Notes: a model not told the origin generated them from the sequence alone. Positions 50,101-63,930 are shown, counted from the first letter of the stretch. The stretch is DNA of 64,000 nucleotides from Klebsormidium nitens (GCA_000708835.1 DF237076.1:118898-182897); one strand, 5' to 3'. Numbers and translations: made by a program.

Positions 50101-53088
50101 TTCTGCGCTCCGCCTGTGCTCCTGTGTAAGATGCACAAGCTTGGCAACGAAACTTCGAGAAACGCTCGACGGCTCACTCTCAGGTCGAGCGCACACAAAA
50201 TCGCGAGGGCGGCACCCATGGAATGCCCGATCACGTACACGGGGAGTGACGGCTTCTCGGCTAGCAAAGAGAGCAGCGCTTTAGTGAGCTCGGGGCGCAT
50301 GGTCGTGTTGTGGTAGTCAGTGTAGAAACCGTGGTGCACCTGTGGGCGTAGAAAAGCGCGTGTTGGTGGGGCGATTGTCAGCCAGAAAGGATGTGGACGC
50401 ATTTGAGGGGGGAAAAAGCTTTGGGACTTAGGAAGGAGCAAACGAAGGAATGAGCACGTCACTGCACCTGGCGGACAATTTTTTTCACTCATTGGACAAG
50501 CAATGAGCGACGAGGAAGAAAACAAAATCTCGTGTGCCGCCTCTTCCTGAACTGTGTGGCATGCATGGTGCACAAGACATAAAACCACCAACCGTTGCCG
50601 CTTTTTGACAATGCAGGAGAGGCTTCTTCATTTTCAGAAAGGACTGCGCAATCTTACCAGCGCCCCCGCCGATTTGGGGTAGTCAAGCCGCCGCTGTATG
50701 AATTTCAAGTCGGCAATCCAATTCACAACACTGCCAGGAAAGAAAAGAGTGAGATCAAATCTGTCCTTGAAGCCCTCGAAACTGCATGGGAGAGAGCGCG
50801 AAGAGCTGCATTCGTCCTGGGTTTAACATCGAGTGTCAATTCCCAATATCAAGTCGTTAGCAAAGTTTCAGGCTTTTGTGTGAGTGAACCAGTTTCGTTG
50901 TTTCACTTTCTCGAAGAAAATTGGGATCGGGGCACACTGCTCACTGGCAGGTCTGATGTAAATGGAAAAGATTTTGGACCAACTGCAGCCCACAAAGGGA
51001 ATCATAAACATTCCCTGCTCTCCTTGACAATTCAATTGTTGAATAACCACAAAGTCAATCATTTCAAAGAAACCCAACATAGGACCGGGTAAGATGCATC
51101 CTTAAGGCGGATGACACGACAAGTATGACAAGATACGAATAGTGCTCCTCTTCCGCTTACAATCCAACGGAAAAGGTTGCCAATAGAATAACTAACAAAT
51201 CCTATCTGTGGCACGAAACGGGTGAAGGAAGCATCACACAGGCAACCCACCTTTCTCGTCGAGTTCCTCTGAAGGCCACAATGGCTGCCTGTAGCTGTGG
51301 CGACTCACCCACCATTGCCTACAAAGGAAAGCATAGGAGGACCTGACATCTTGCAGCCGGGGGACTTCAATGCGTACGTTCGCAGGCTGCTTGAGTTGGT
51401 TTTATTCAAGTACGAACGTCTCTCTTGCAGTCGAAATACAAGGGTTATATCCGATTGCATTTCTTGAACACGACACGCGTCGGTTTGCGAGAGTCAAACG
51501 GAAACTCAGACGGACTTTCAACTCCCTGTTAGCTCCTTGACGCACTGTCAAAATCTCGAAGCCAGCTGTGAGGGAGGCGGCTCCAGTCGACTGCTTTGGA
51601 TCGGGCAAATGCTCACTGTGAATCTCAGGTCTTCCAAGGAGTTGCTGGAAAAATGACTGCAAAATCTGCTGATAGCTATAGCTCGGAGAGGCTGAGGTGC
51701 CATACAGTGCACACAAAATGTGCAGAGACAAAGAGGATGTTACGTAAGTTGTGGTGCACTCACCGTTAATTGCGCCCTCTGGTCATTCACAACTTGCTTC
51801 ACAAGAAAACCCTGAGAAGAAATCAGACTGGTCAGCTACCAAGGGACTCTTCAGACGCATCCCTCCAAGGTCTTGACGATTGAAGGTCTCCAGCTAAACC
51901 CATGTATCCTTAGTCCTTTCTTGTTGAGAGTAAACTCTACTTGTCCCCTTTTCGTATAGAGTGTTTTCGCATAGCTCATTCCAACCCAACATTGAAGCAA
52001 GAGTCGAATGGCAGTTCCCGAATCCTATGTTTTGCCCCGCAACTCAAGAAGCAGCATCCGTAGAAGGAGCATCCTTCTTTGAGCCTTCATTTACTTTGTA
52101 AAAGTGAAAGCTTCATTTCATCACCGCATGGATTCCGATTTCAATGTAGAATAAGAAAGTCTCACTGTGGTCAACCCATGGCAGCGACTGCACGTCCAAC
52201 TCCGAATGCTGTCGACATCATCCGTGTATATCTGCAGTCAGGTTTTGTTCTTAGCTGAGGAGAACCGCACGAGCAGAAACTAGAGCACTCAGAATGGTCT
52301 AATCGCTTTTTTCTCAGGCAGGGCAAGCGGCAGCTACTCAGATTTATCCACTGAATTTGCGGCAGTTAGGGCGAAGACTTTCGTTGCTGGCGCAGATAGA
52401 ATGCAGCTTGCAGCGACACCTGATCATTCAACGTTGTCCACAGAATGTTTGCCGAGCTGTGTCTGAGCTTGCTCAGTATGTTTAGAAACCACCACTTTTC
52501 TGAGCCACATCACCCATTGAAAGGTGGCATAGTGCTGACGACGAGCTTCCAGGACAAGAAGAAGCTGCAAGGGTCGGACTACCAGGGTGCAAAGACTCAC
52601 CGCACTTTCATACTCGATCAGATACATTGAAAGGGTTCTATTGAAGATTGTTGAGGCGAAGGCCCCTGCAGCTCCAGAAATGGAGTGTAGACGTTCAGAA
52701 GATGCAGCGCGGAAATTCTCAGAGGGGTTGGGGCTCGCAATGCCATTGACTTGGATCCACTGACACCAAAGAAGGATAATTGCGGTAGTGCTTGATTCCA
52801 CCAAACACCCGAGGTTCCTTTGAAGCAGAAAACACCTGCCGCTTTCAATGCCTCGAGCCTGAACGCCTAGAATATTTACCACAGGCTATCGACGTCTTTG
52901 TCTGTAGAGCACTCATGGGAGTTGACTGACCTTATCCAGAAGTCTGAGCAAAACTTGAGGGGGCATTGAAAGAAAGCTTCTCAACATTAGCTTTGCTTCC
53001 CCTGCTCACCTTTAGAAGCGAAGAGCAGCCCCAAGAAGACAACCATAGCAGCAACAAAAAAGTAGCTTCTGCCAAAAGGCGTCGCCAT
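47142..53088 (-). CDS. Class-3 triacylglycerol lipase (plant secreted type), multi-exon
   Basis: Signal-like MATPFGRSYFFVAAMVVFLGLLF (ATG 53088); FNRTLSMYLIEYESA; SWTCSRCHGLT; AIVAFRGT; NWIADL..DYP; VHHGFY..VIGHSMGAALA (~50180-50340); GGPRVGN; RMVNGHDVVPHLPP; VCDGSGEDPLCS; GNSIADHKTYLG..AR* (stop 47142). Confidence 0.92.
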
Positions 53089-53861
53089 TGTGAACTTGCA
53101 GCTGCAGAAAAGGCACAGGTGGTGTGCTTCTAGGCCACGTGCATGTCTGCTGAGATACGGTACAAGCGGGTCTATTTCTAAAGAAGGCACAGCAATCTCT
53201 TGTCTGAAGTGAACGATGGCACTTTGGCTACTAGCCAATGGGGCAAGCTTGAAAGGTTGAAAGTGGGTGCCGCTTCCTCTTCAACACCTTGTGTATCCTG
53301 GCATCTCAAGGCTTTTTTCTTGATGAAAATGCAAGCAGCCAGCAAGGACATCAGGTGGCACCCTGTTGGCTGTGCACCTCCCAGCGCAACGAGAAGATGC
53401 CGTTAATCTTCTAGTCAGCTTGGGTCAGCTCGCCAATGCCATGCAATGGCCGCCCTCCCTGACGTAGTGAAACTTTTCAGAAGAATTTTGATTGTTCTTC
53501 TTCAATCAAGAACGCCCTCTGTTTGGAATTGGAACTGTTGATCAGTGTGAGGGAATTTGTCCACTTTGGAGTATGGAACCCTAAATCTAATCTTGCTGGT
53601 CCGATGACTAATTATGTAAACTAATCTACGATGTGATAAGGAAATCTGGTGACGTAGCCGCTCCCGATTCTCGTGTCTAAGGCGGGGTGAGGCAAGTACA
53701 ACAAACAGGAAGTCGCTGCCCTTCGGTGAAAGAAACGGTAGCTCCGATTTTATACGAGCAAGTCAATGTATTTCGTTTAATAATTACTGTACATAACAAA
53801 ACATAAAATCAGTTCTCACAACAATGCATGGGGGCACACAGAGTGTGCTGTAGCTCCGGCC

Positions 53862-56800
53862 ATGGCGTCCGCTGCATGCTACTATTGCACCTTGAACAAA
53901 GCTGTTTATCTTTCTAGAGCTCTTTGCTCCGCTTTTCTGCAGCCTCAGAACAACCTTCCAGCTGCAGCTGCTTATGACAGGCTCGGTGGAAAACTCTCCA
54001 GGCAAAGTGTATTGTTTGTAGGGGACGAGACAGCTGTGCCTACTGCTAGGATTAAGTACAGGAGGATTGCTTCAGCAGCCATGAGTGACAGCCAGCTGAG
54101 GACTCAACAGGTACAGGCTTCTGAGGAAGTTGGGGCTTCCTCTTCTGAAGTGCGTTCAGCAGAGTCAATGCGGGAAGCAGGCGCTTCACCTGAGGCAGCC
54201 GCCGCCCGGGCCAGCCAATCAGAGGGGTGAGAAGAAAGACTAGTGTTCTAAGATCGCAAGGGTCGTGTGAACATGTACTCGAGCAGAGTAAGAACATGAT
54301 TTGTGCAAAATTGTTCTGTTTCATCAGGCTGTCATACCAACTCTACTGTGCCATAAGGCAGCTGCGGGACTGGCATAAGCTTCGCAATCAAAGGCAGTGG
54401 CCATGTGCGAGGGATTCCCAAAGTGGTGCATGGCTCAAACTCTGATCGTGAGCGCTTATCTTGGTGAATCTGGCTTCAAAGTACTCCAAAAGTGGTGTTG
54501 ATCATGGATCGAGGGTGCTTTGATAGGCCTGTCTTTTCTGTCCCCATGAAAGACCTGCTTTTCTACCATGCACGGGACCCTTCCGCTTTTGGGGATCCGA
54601 AGTAACTTCCAAACTGCACCCACCTACCAATTCCCACTGAGAGTACTCACTGTGCAAAGAAGAAGTCTATCAAAGCTATAGCCTCCCGGTGAACAAAGCT
54701 ATATTTTCTTTCACCAGGCCCACGCTAACTTTTCCCCTACCTCTGAGCAGCGGTGACCGGCGGCGCCACCGTCTTATTGGAGATGTCCACAAAGCCTATG
54801 AAGAAAGCTCAAGGTTGCTCCCTGGGTGCTGGATTGTAGTGCGCGTCGACGGCCGGGCCTTCCACAGGTGCGCACACAACGCAGCTCCGAGAGCTTTCGG
54901 CCAGAGGATCAGCGCTCCATCTAACCAAAGATAGTTCTTTTTTCAAGTTGTTCTGTGCTTTGGCTTGTGTTGAGTCTTCAGACGAGTCAGGGCTTTGTGA
55001 AGATGTTCTATGTTATTATTTATACTCCATGAGATGTTGTCAGCGCCTCATTGGATCATGCCCTGACATGAAAAAAAGAGCCCAAGGTGCACCTGATGCG
55101 ACCATTCGCCCAAGCCTGGAGAGTGCATATTGTATGTCTATCATGCTCAAATATCACCTTGGTGGCCGTTTCCTTCAACTCGATACTGGATATGTTGTAC
55201 CTTGTGCGTTGCCTTTTCCACTGTTGATCTAGGGCTGTCGCCTTGCTGATTACGGATGACATTCTTTGGAAAAACATGCCAATTACGACCCTGACCATAT
55301 TGTCATTTCCAAAACGACTCGTGTCGAGCGTTCCAACTCGTGTCAGCTCAAAGCAAGTCTGGCGTTTGCAAGCAGGCCAGCTCCCCTGCGCGTTCCAATC
55401 GTTTCTGCCTGTGGTTTTGATCAAACGGAGCACCGAGTGCCAGTGGTGCAGAAAGAAAAAAAACAGCATTTGAGAAAGGGAAAGGAGGTCGAAAACCAAG
55501 GAAGGACGAAATCAGATGCCAGAAGAACAGCGAAGTGACAACCAACTCATGCCACTTTCGTGCCCAGGTTTGTGGAAGTTCACAACTTCGCCCGCCCTCA
55601 CGACCGCGCTGCCATCGGGCTCATGGAGGCAGCCGCAAAGGCAGTCACTGAGGAGTTTGCTGACATCATGCTGGCGTATGGCCAAAGCGATGAGTACAGG
55701 TGAAATTGTTTTGGCGGTATTAATGATTTAACGATGCATATTAAACAGTGATCCTCTTCTGGACTTCCGAAAGCTTTCTCACGCTGATGGCGGGCTGAGC
55801 GATTTTGGATCGAGAGCCAATGCCCTGCCCTGATTGGTACAGATCGTACCAAAACCGTAGGGCCTCAATGTTGGGATGACGTGAGGTGCCTGCGTATCCA
55901 TCCTTGACCGAATAGCTTCGTAAGCAAACGCAAGCGGGACGATACGAGTCTAGTTTAGAGCCGAGACTTTCGTTGACCCAAAATGCTGGGTCGCCGTCTA
56001 TCAAGCTCCAAAATGTTTGGAAGGCCGGAGCTTCGCGAAAGTGATCGATCGCAGTGCTTGTTTGGTGGTCTTCTTCGACTCAAATCACGCGTCTTTGTTG
56101 CCGCAGCTTCGTGTTTCACAAGGATACGGACATCTACAACCGGCGGACCAGGTAAGCTGTGGTCTTTGTGCAGATTGATCTGGAGCTTCGGGAATCCACT
56201 TGGTGACTTTCTTTGTAAAGAGTACTAAACGAAGCTTGAGGTGAAGAAAGCAGAGAGATATCGCCCCAGTACACTGCTTCTTCAAACCCACGTTTCCAAG
56301 CGATTTCGGTGTTACAACACACCGTTCTGACTCGAATGAAAATGGTAGAAAGCGCCAAACGCCCACTGTATCTCTTCGACAACCGTACCCGGCAGGCGTT
56401 GATTCTTCGCAGCACATTGCATCTTTCGTCGTCTTCAAGGTCTTGTATCTACTAGAATATCAATTGGCGGAAAGCTTACGCTTTCCAAGGTCAGAAAATT
56501 GCTGCTTTCGTTAGAAGCACTCAGATTGGTAAAGTCTCGTCAAGTCATTATTGTCAAAGCCTTGACGGAAGAATCATACTGTCAACACGTCAAATGTTAA
56601 TAAGCTGAAGTGCACCTCAGTCGCCAAAACGAGCCCTGACTCCGCCCCTTTGCCAGCCGTGCAGCAAGTTCTCTACCCTCATCGCGTCCCTGTTCACATC
56701 GCACTTCGTCCTAAAATGGCCGTCGTTCTTCGACACCCCCCTCAAGCTCGCCCCCTCCTTCGACGGCCGAGCCGTCTGCTATCCTTCAGTGGAAATGGTC

Positions 56801-58882
56801 CGAGACTACCTCGCATGGCGGCAACTAGACTGTGAGTCGCGACCACGAAACGTGCAGTGGTTCGAAACTGCTCTCGAGATGCTCATTCTGGGGCTGCAAT
56901 GCGGAGTCAGGTTCATGATCCTGGCAGTCTCACGTCAGCACATGGTCAAGCGGAAGCTCGGGATTTCCTACCGGCGATTCTGTTGAAGTCTTGAAGTAAC
57001 GCGAGCTTCTTCTCTGTAAGTATAAAGCAGCGCTTGAATAGAGAATCCTTTGAATGTAGGTTAAGAGAGGTGCTTGGTCGTTCCAGCCGCACGGTGACAA
57101 CTAAACACGCAACGGGCCGAAAATTCGATTATGGGCAATCCTACACACTTAAAGAGCGTCGGGAGCTTTTGTTCCTCAGGATGGGATGATTCTGGAAGAC
57201 AACGGACGGCCCGGACTTTTGCAGAAAGCGCACATCCAAAGCGCGGTGTCTGTACTTCTCCGCTCTTTGTCCCGGCTGACACGGTCCGTACTCTCGTGCC
57301 AGGTCACACGAACTGCCTGTTTACGACGTGTTACTGGACGCTTGTCGACCGGGGAGGCAAGACCGGGAAGGAAGCGGATAAGATACTGAATGTAAGCTCT
57401 ACCGTGCTCGCTCACGTCAGCGAGGTGAAGTACGCCCTCCAGAACCGTGCACGCACACGTCAGCGCTCTGGAAACCAATCCCCTTTTCCAGCAAACTTGA
57501 GCTTCACTTTATTCAAAACAGCACTGCTCCTTGCACGCCTTGGTTCCACAGCGCCTGCTTGTGCTGGTACTGAACCTGGTTCAATGTGCGGAACGCGGAG
57601 GAAATTGAGTTGGCATGAAGGGATTCGTGTCATGCGGACTGTCTCTGATTCGGTGGCCACGTTGTGGAGACCGATTCGACTGCGAAGCTGTTCACCTCCA
57701 CCAAATTTCCTCTCCATCATCAGGATCCCTCTTCTCAAGTTCGTGGTCTATTGACCGTATTTACTCCGATCGTTGCTTTAGGGACTACCAAAGCTTAAGG
57801 GCCTGCGTTAGAAGGCAGACATGGGCGAAGGCACTTCACAGATACTCACCCAGCCCCGCTGTGCGCGCAGAAAGCGTCCAAGGGCTTCAAGAACGAGTTG
57901 CTCTTTTCGGAGTTTGGAATCAACTACAACGACCTGCCACCGGTGTTCAAACGAGGAACTCTGCTACTGAAACGGCGGGTAACCTCCCAGCCCGCGTTCC
58001 CACTCTTCGCCGCATTGTTTCATGCATGTTCCTAGTTTCCGAGAATGGAGAATCGATGTGGGTGTCAACGGTCGAGAGCGAAGGTCCTTTGGAAGGGTTC
58101 GGTTGGATGCTCTTCCGTTTCGGGGCATTTCGTTTCGCGAAATATTTGTTCTTGGTGATTGACAGACTCTCGTGTCACCAAATGGAATTGAGAAAGGGAT
58201 CGTCGTTCATATCAGAGTGGATTTCTTTGACAGTCTGTCAAGTCAAAGCAAACGCAGCCGTACCTGGTTACCGTTTTGACAATTCTCTTGGAGGGGGTGC
58301 ATCCAACACTTCCGCACGCTGCCAGCAAGAAACTGGCGATTCTGCGGGCCGTCCGATTTTCGGGTCCGTCCCACTAAAGACTGGTACTCACTGAGTCTGC
58401 ATTTCGTGCCTCCAGCTTCGGGCCTTTAGGGCACAATCCGCAACAGTGTGTAAAGCGTGTGCTTCCTTTTGTGACGTTTGGTTTTCTGAGCAGCTTGCCA
58501 ACTCCCTATGTTGATGCCAAACATCAAATCTCTTCTATTCACTAACGGCGATTTAGCTTATCTGAACGCCCGACTGTTGATCTGCTTCGGCATTTTCCAT
58601 GAACACTCTGTCTTGCTCAACTTTCAGGAACAAGTCGAGCTGCGGACCAAAGAAGCGACTCCGTACACCCCTGCCGGGACTCCGTACTCTCGGACGCTCA
58701 CGCACGTGGACGCTTTTCATGAAGACGTGGCGCAAGGGGACTTCTGGCTCAAGCACTGCTCCGCTCTCTTTTCGGATCAGACCAAAAGGATCGAGAAGCT
58801 GGAAACAATGCCCGGCGATGAACAGGCCGCTTCAAAAGAATCGCCCCAAGGGGGAGCTGTTTGTGAACATGGACCTGCATGA
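53862..58882 (+). CDS. THG1: tRNA(His) guanylyltransferase / Thg1-like protein, single catalytic unit, with N-terminal extension
   Basis: Exons: 53862-54226 (extension; splices in frame), LLPGCWIVVRVDGRAFHR (~54751-54868), LAYGQSDEYS (~55568-55699), FVF..IYNRR (~56107-56151), PSFDGRAVCYPS..RDYLAWRQLDC (~56667-56830), HTNCLFTTCYW (~57304-57391), KNELLFSEFGINYNDLP (~57871-57978), last exon ~58628-58882. Confidence 0.92.
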
Positions 58883-60277
58883 TCTGGTGAGAAGTGCTTT
58901 GCAGGCGTGAAAGAGAATTGCTGAAAATTAGTTAAAATTACATCCTCCGCCTACTCGGCTTCCAGCGGTGCAGTAGTGCAGCCAACTGTCTTAGTTACGT
59001 GCATACTTCACGATGACCGAGTCACACAATCATCAGAGTCAAAAGTTACATAGGCGTGTGCACACTGAGCTACTTCAACGGGGTCGTGATATGCATACTG
59101 ACCAGGCTGCTCGCATTTTTGCTCACCTGGCATGCAGCTCTGGGCTTGTGGACGGTACGTAACAGGCCACAGGCTGATACATTTCCGAGTGTATCCATCT
59201 TGTTTGGAGTTCGTTCTACGAACACTGAGCCGTCACCACACACGGGCCTCAGGATCCAACAGAGCAGATCTGCGATGCGCTGTGGGACATACACAGTATG
59301 AGGGCTTCTATACACAATGAAAGCGGACCTCATCACCTCATTATCTATGATCGTGCAATCATCGTATTTTGCACGTGCTTGCAACATGCTGTCTAATGGT
59401 GGATATGGTCATTCCGTTGCTCGGGCCTTCTTACCACGCTGCAGATCCATTGGAGGTACGCTGCAATAGTACCGCAACAATCCAGCTTCAGAGGAATCCT
59501 CTTGGATCTGACTCTCAATTGCAATTCTCAAGCGACGTCGGGCCGTGCGCTGAACACACGTGTGCGGATCAACTAAAGAGCCCCTCATGCCCCCACCCGT
59601 TACCAAAACAGCACTACGGTACTGTAGCGGCCCAGGGAGCGAGCGGTGAGCAATTTATACAGGACATATGAGCGCTGTAAAGTGGGCCACGGTGTCTTAG
59701 CCAGGGTCGATCGGCCACGTGGACCGTAAAAGCTCATTTGATTGACCGACACAGCCGAAAATACGGGCTTAGGGGTGTGTCGCATGCACCCTCTACCGCT
59801 AAAAAATCGACAAATTGTAGCGGAAATCTGTGTCGCATGGACCCGGTACGGCTATAATATTTAATGCCGCGCATGCGAAATTCCGCTACAAAATGTCGAT
59901 TCCGCTACATCGTGAGACCGCGGTTCTTCCATCTACAGAATGTAGCGGGTTCCGCTATCTGCACCACGTGATCAGATTGACAGTGCTGATTGGCTACCTT
60001 CGTTCTCCATGAATATACCAACGCGGGAACAGGTCCGAACTACCCGCGCTTTTCCCTTCAAGTTCAACCCAGGCTTGAGCCGCAGTGCCAATGGCTGCCA
60101 GCTGCCAAGCTTCTCATAGAACAGTGCCGCTCTCTACAAGTTTTTTACGAGCGAGGACTGCAATAGAGCGCTCAGAATTCTCCTTAGCAGGGACGCAGTG
60201 CTGCAAAGCTGAGCACCTAATGCAAGTTGACAACACTGACCAATGGTAACGTTTGCACCAAGGTGACAGTCGCTATC

Positions 60278-62152
60278 ATGTCAACTTTTCCCGAATGGGG
60301 AGACGATCTTGTAGGGCTCGCAAACAGGGTGACTCAATATCTGGGCTTGCTTGATCCTCTGTGCATCCAGCAAACAAACCCTAGTCAGCTTGCGGCATAT
60401 CTGGCTGCGGACAGTGGATTTGTCCAGCGCGTTTCTTATGACGGAGGACAGCCCAAGGTTGAAGTCCTTGCAAGCATCATTGAGCAGTATGTCCAGCGTT
60501 TTCAGATCCCTGAAGGGTTTGCAAGCTTTCAGGCCCCTGCGGTCCGCTCAGAATCCATCCAGACCAGTGTACCCACAACAGGTCAGGTTGACAGGTCGTT
60601 TCCTACCGCTGATTCCACAACAACACTGGAAGAACCTATTGTCCTACCAGCAACCCCAGCTGCAGACCCCAAGCAGCAACAGGCCCGGAATGTGGTGGGG
60701 GGAAAGAAAACACGAGTCAACTGGTTGATGTATGAGAACGAGATGCTTGTTGCTGAGATGAAGAATCATGAGGACATGTTGCTTGACAAAACCACAGGTA
60801 TTAAGTACAGGACAATGAGTGCCAACGAGAAGTTTGAAAAGATCCAAGAACGGCTTTCCAAGTTACAGCCCCCTGTGTTGCGCACAGCGTCACAGATTGA
60901 AGACAAGTGGGATAGGCTCGCTGGAGATTTCAGGAAGGTGTTTGACTGGGATAAGAACACCCCAAGTGGAAAGCCGTCGTATTGGGACATGCCGCCAGAC
61001 ATGAAGAAGGACAACAGGATGCCTCCGTCATTTTCCAAGCCACTGTATTTGAGGTAAGCACGCTTCCACAAACCTGCAGTTGACTCAGCAGCTTGTAGAT
61101 TACAGTGCTGTACAAATGTCTTCACTGTTTCTGAACTTGCAAGGACTGTCGAGCAGCTCACCGGCTTGTTAACAGCCCTACGTCTGTCTTCAGCTTCACT
61201 TGCCTTGCTCATTTACTATCGGTGCTTCTGGTTCAAGAAGGAATAGCGAGTTTCTTGCATGTGCAGGCTGCATCTGAGTGCTTTCCACATTACCATGGTC
61301 TCATCAAACACGTCAATGTTGTCCCACCTTCAGGAGAGGTGTCAAAGCTTGCGGACGAATTGCAAGCTGCAAGCTGCCCCTTTCGACAGTATCAGAATTC
61401 TGGCTCCTCTTGTTGGCACCCTGAACATTCCACAATGACTTTGCAAGTTGGGATAGATCATCAATCAAAGCTCGTGCCTGATGTTGTCATTGTCAACTTC
61501 TGCTGGTCCTAATATGTAGCTAGCATCTTTGCATTCTTCAGATTAAGTCACCTGTTGCGTGGACGGTGTTCTTTCCAAGAAGATCAAATTTCTTTCTAGG
61601 AATCAGCAGACTCGATCCTTATAGCAATGAGGCACAGACTCGGAGATCACTGAGCGGCTCTTCTCCTCTTGCAGCATGTTGTGGTTGAAGGACCGGGCCA
61701 GCGTACAACCGCCGCGGGTTTTTGACAGCGCCAGGCCTTTCAAGACTGTCTCCTCAGATGGCGGTTCTGGGAACACCGTGACTGGCGAGGAATCCTGCCC
61801 TTTCACAGAGGCGGAGATGGACGGCAGGCCCGTGGAGAAGCCCCACGACAGCTCCGGGATCGAACGCAGGGGGAATGGCCAAGCAAACAAGCGCAACCGG
61901 TCTGCCGCAGGGTTGGGTGATACTTTGCGTGCCAACAACGAGGCAACGAACAAGACTCTGCGGGAGAGTGAGGAACACAAGAACGCGCGTCATCAAGAGA
62001 CGACAGCCTTGAAAAAGCAAGAATTAGAGTTGGAAACCAGAAAAGTGGCCTTGGCCGAAAAGAATGCAGAGCAAGCCAAAGAAACGGGTGCAGGACTGAT
62101 TGGCGCATTGGGCTCGCTTGCCGAAGCTGTTTTGAAGCTAGCTAATAAGTAA
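60278..62152 (+). CDS. Myb/SANT-like (trihelix-type) DNA-binding protein of the Harbinger element; 2 exons (60278-~61052, ~61673-62152)
   Basis: RVNWLMYENEMLV..EKFEKIQERL..RTASQIEDKWDRLAGDFRKVFDWD..SYWDMPPDMKKDNRMPPSF is trihelix-like. GT donor at ~61053 and AG acceptor at ~61672 are in frame. C-terminal coiled coil LKKQELELETRKVALAEK. Confidence 0.82.
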
Positions 62153-62329
62153 CGGCCTAACAAAGAATTGGACTTGCGGAAACTGCCCGGATTGCATATC
62201 AAATGATTCTGCAGGTTGAGTTGATTTCAAGACAGCTTTGATTGAAATGGCCGGTTTTAACATGAAGTACTCTCTGATAGTGCGAACATGCATGCTGCAA
62301 AGCATCATATACCATTCATGATTATCAAA

Positions 62330-62720
62330 CAGGGTGACTATTGGTAGCCGAGATGAAAAGCTGTGTCTCTAATACATTATATTCATGCGCATACCACTGA
62401 AGTCAAAGAGCATATACATATGTACAGCATGCTAATAGCACACATAGCGTAGTGACACCAATGAAAGCATATGGAACATTGTCTATATGCCGTGATGAAG
62501 CTTACCCGGAGAACTTTGCTCACACTGAATGCAACCGAGCATTCAATATGTGCATAAAATATGCATATATCATGCAGCATCATATGCACATACCAATAGC
62601 ATAAAGCAGAAGGCGCGCGGTAACATACATCATACAACATGGTCACACCTGCGACATACAACATACAGTATGTGCAACATATACAGCACACTATCAAGAG
62701 CAGATCACCTGGTAGCGCTT
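62330..62720. repeat. Low-complexity CATA/CATG-rich degenerate repeat between the two Harbinger genes
   Basis: Dense runs such as gcatatacatatgtacagcatgc, atgcatatatcatgcagcatcatatgcacatacc and catacaacatacag. Confidence 0.55.
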
Positions 62721-63550
62721 ATTGCGATGAGAGTCACTGACTTGCGATCGTCGATTGTACTATGATAGTCCACTCAGATATTATGGATAGCTAGAGCACT
62801 GACAGTCACCCCACACCCAGTACTATTACACCGTAATTTAACGGGCCGAATAGGATGTGCATGCGTACTGACTATTTGTTGGTTGTCCGCATGTGGTAGC
62901 TTTCATGGGCATGGCCGGACGTAACATATAGACATAGCAAGCTGCTAGCTGGTCATCAGTGCTCAACGCTAGTTGCATCATTGATGCAGTGACTCCCGCT
63001 GATTGTTCAAAGCCCAGCCCAGCCTACAGTATATCTTCATGCAACGCTCATTGCAGCATAGATATATTTCATATCATATGATCCGAAGCATTGCTAGCGC
63101 TTGAGATTGTTGGAACGAGTTCAATCCTTCCAAGTGGTCGTTCCTTCATACAGATTCCGATGCCACGTCAAACCCGGTTCTTTATGTGTTCTACACAAGG
63201 AGACATAAGGGCACTATTGTCAAATTGATGCAAATGGAAGGAGGGATTGGCCAATCCTCGGTGGCTCTGGTCAACACGAATGGCGGCGGCGGACACAACC
63301 TTAGTATTTGCGAATCCCTTGACATCAATACAACTGAATGTATCTAGAAAGCAAGGCAAATACTTGCTTCGACTTACAATGGCGGCTTCGAAGCAAGAAG
63401 CACCGTTGATTCACTACGTGTTTGTTTGTTGAGAATAGAGTATGAGTGATATTACTTCAACGGCTTCGGTCAAGAGAACGGAGAGTCAATGATTTGGTTG
63501 CTCAAGCAGCGACCGGTGGGTACTCATATGAGGACTCTTGATATTGTCAC

Positions 63551-63930
63551 CTATTCGTCAAATAAAGAGTCTGCTAGAGCGTTTCGAATCATCTCAGCCC
63601 TGTCCAAGTCAGCAATGGGGATAGGGACCGCGTTGGGGCCACCATTTGGCACGAACCGTGGATTGCCGTTGAGACCATGTCGAAGACCACGGTCCATGAC
63701 GTCACCCCTATCAATTCGCATATTATGCAGAATCGCACAAGCCGCCACATAAATAGGAAGCCGGGTTGTGCTCGGTTTCTGCACTCTTTGGAGCAGGTAG
63801 CGCTGCACTCCCTTCAAATCTGCATTAGTTTGCTCAACGCAAATCCTAGTACTAGACTGCTTGTAGTTGAAACTAGACTGGACCGGATTCAGATTGTAAC
63901 GGCACGACTGCGCACCGACTTCTGGCTGCG
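63551..63930 (-). CDS. C-terminal exon of a Harbinger/HARBI1-type DDE transposase (rest beyond window end)
   Basis: QSSFNYKQSSTRICVEQTNADLK..LPIYVAACAILHNM matches the Harbinger C-terminal pattern FN...S.TR..VE.....LK.....AC..LHN, including the third catalytic Glu. Confidence 0.8.

Noticed and set aside
57131-57754. 207-aa plus-strand ORF
   Set aside because: A Thg1 exon (HTNCLFTTCYW..) read through flanking intron sequence without stops; not a separate gene.
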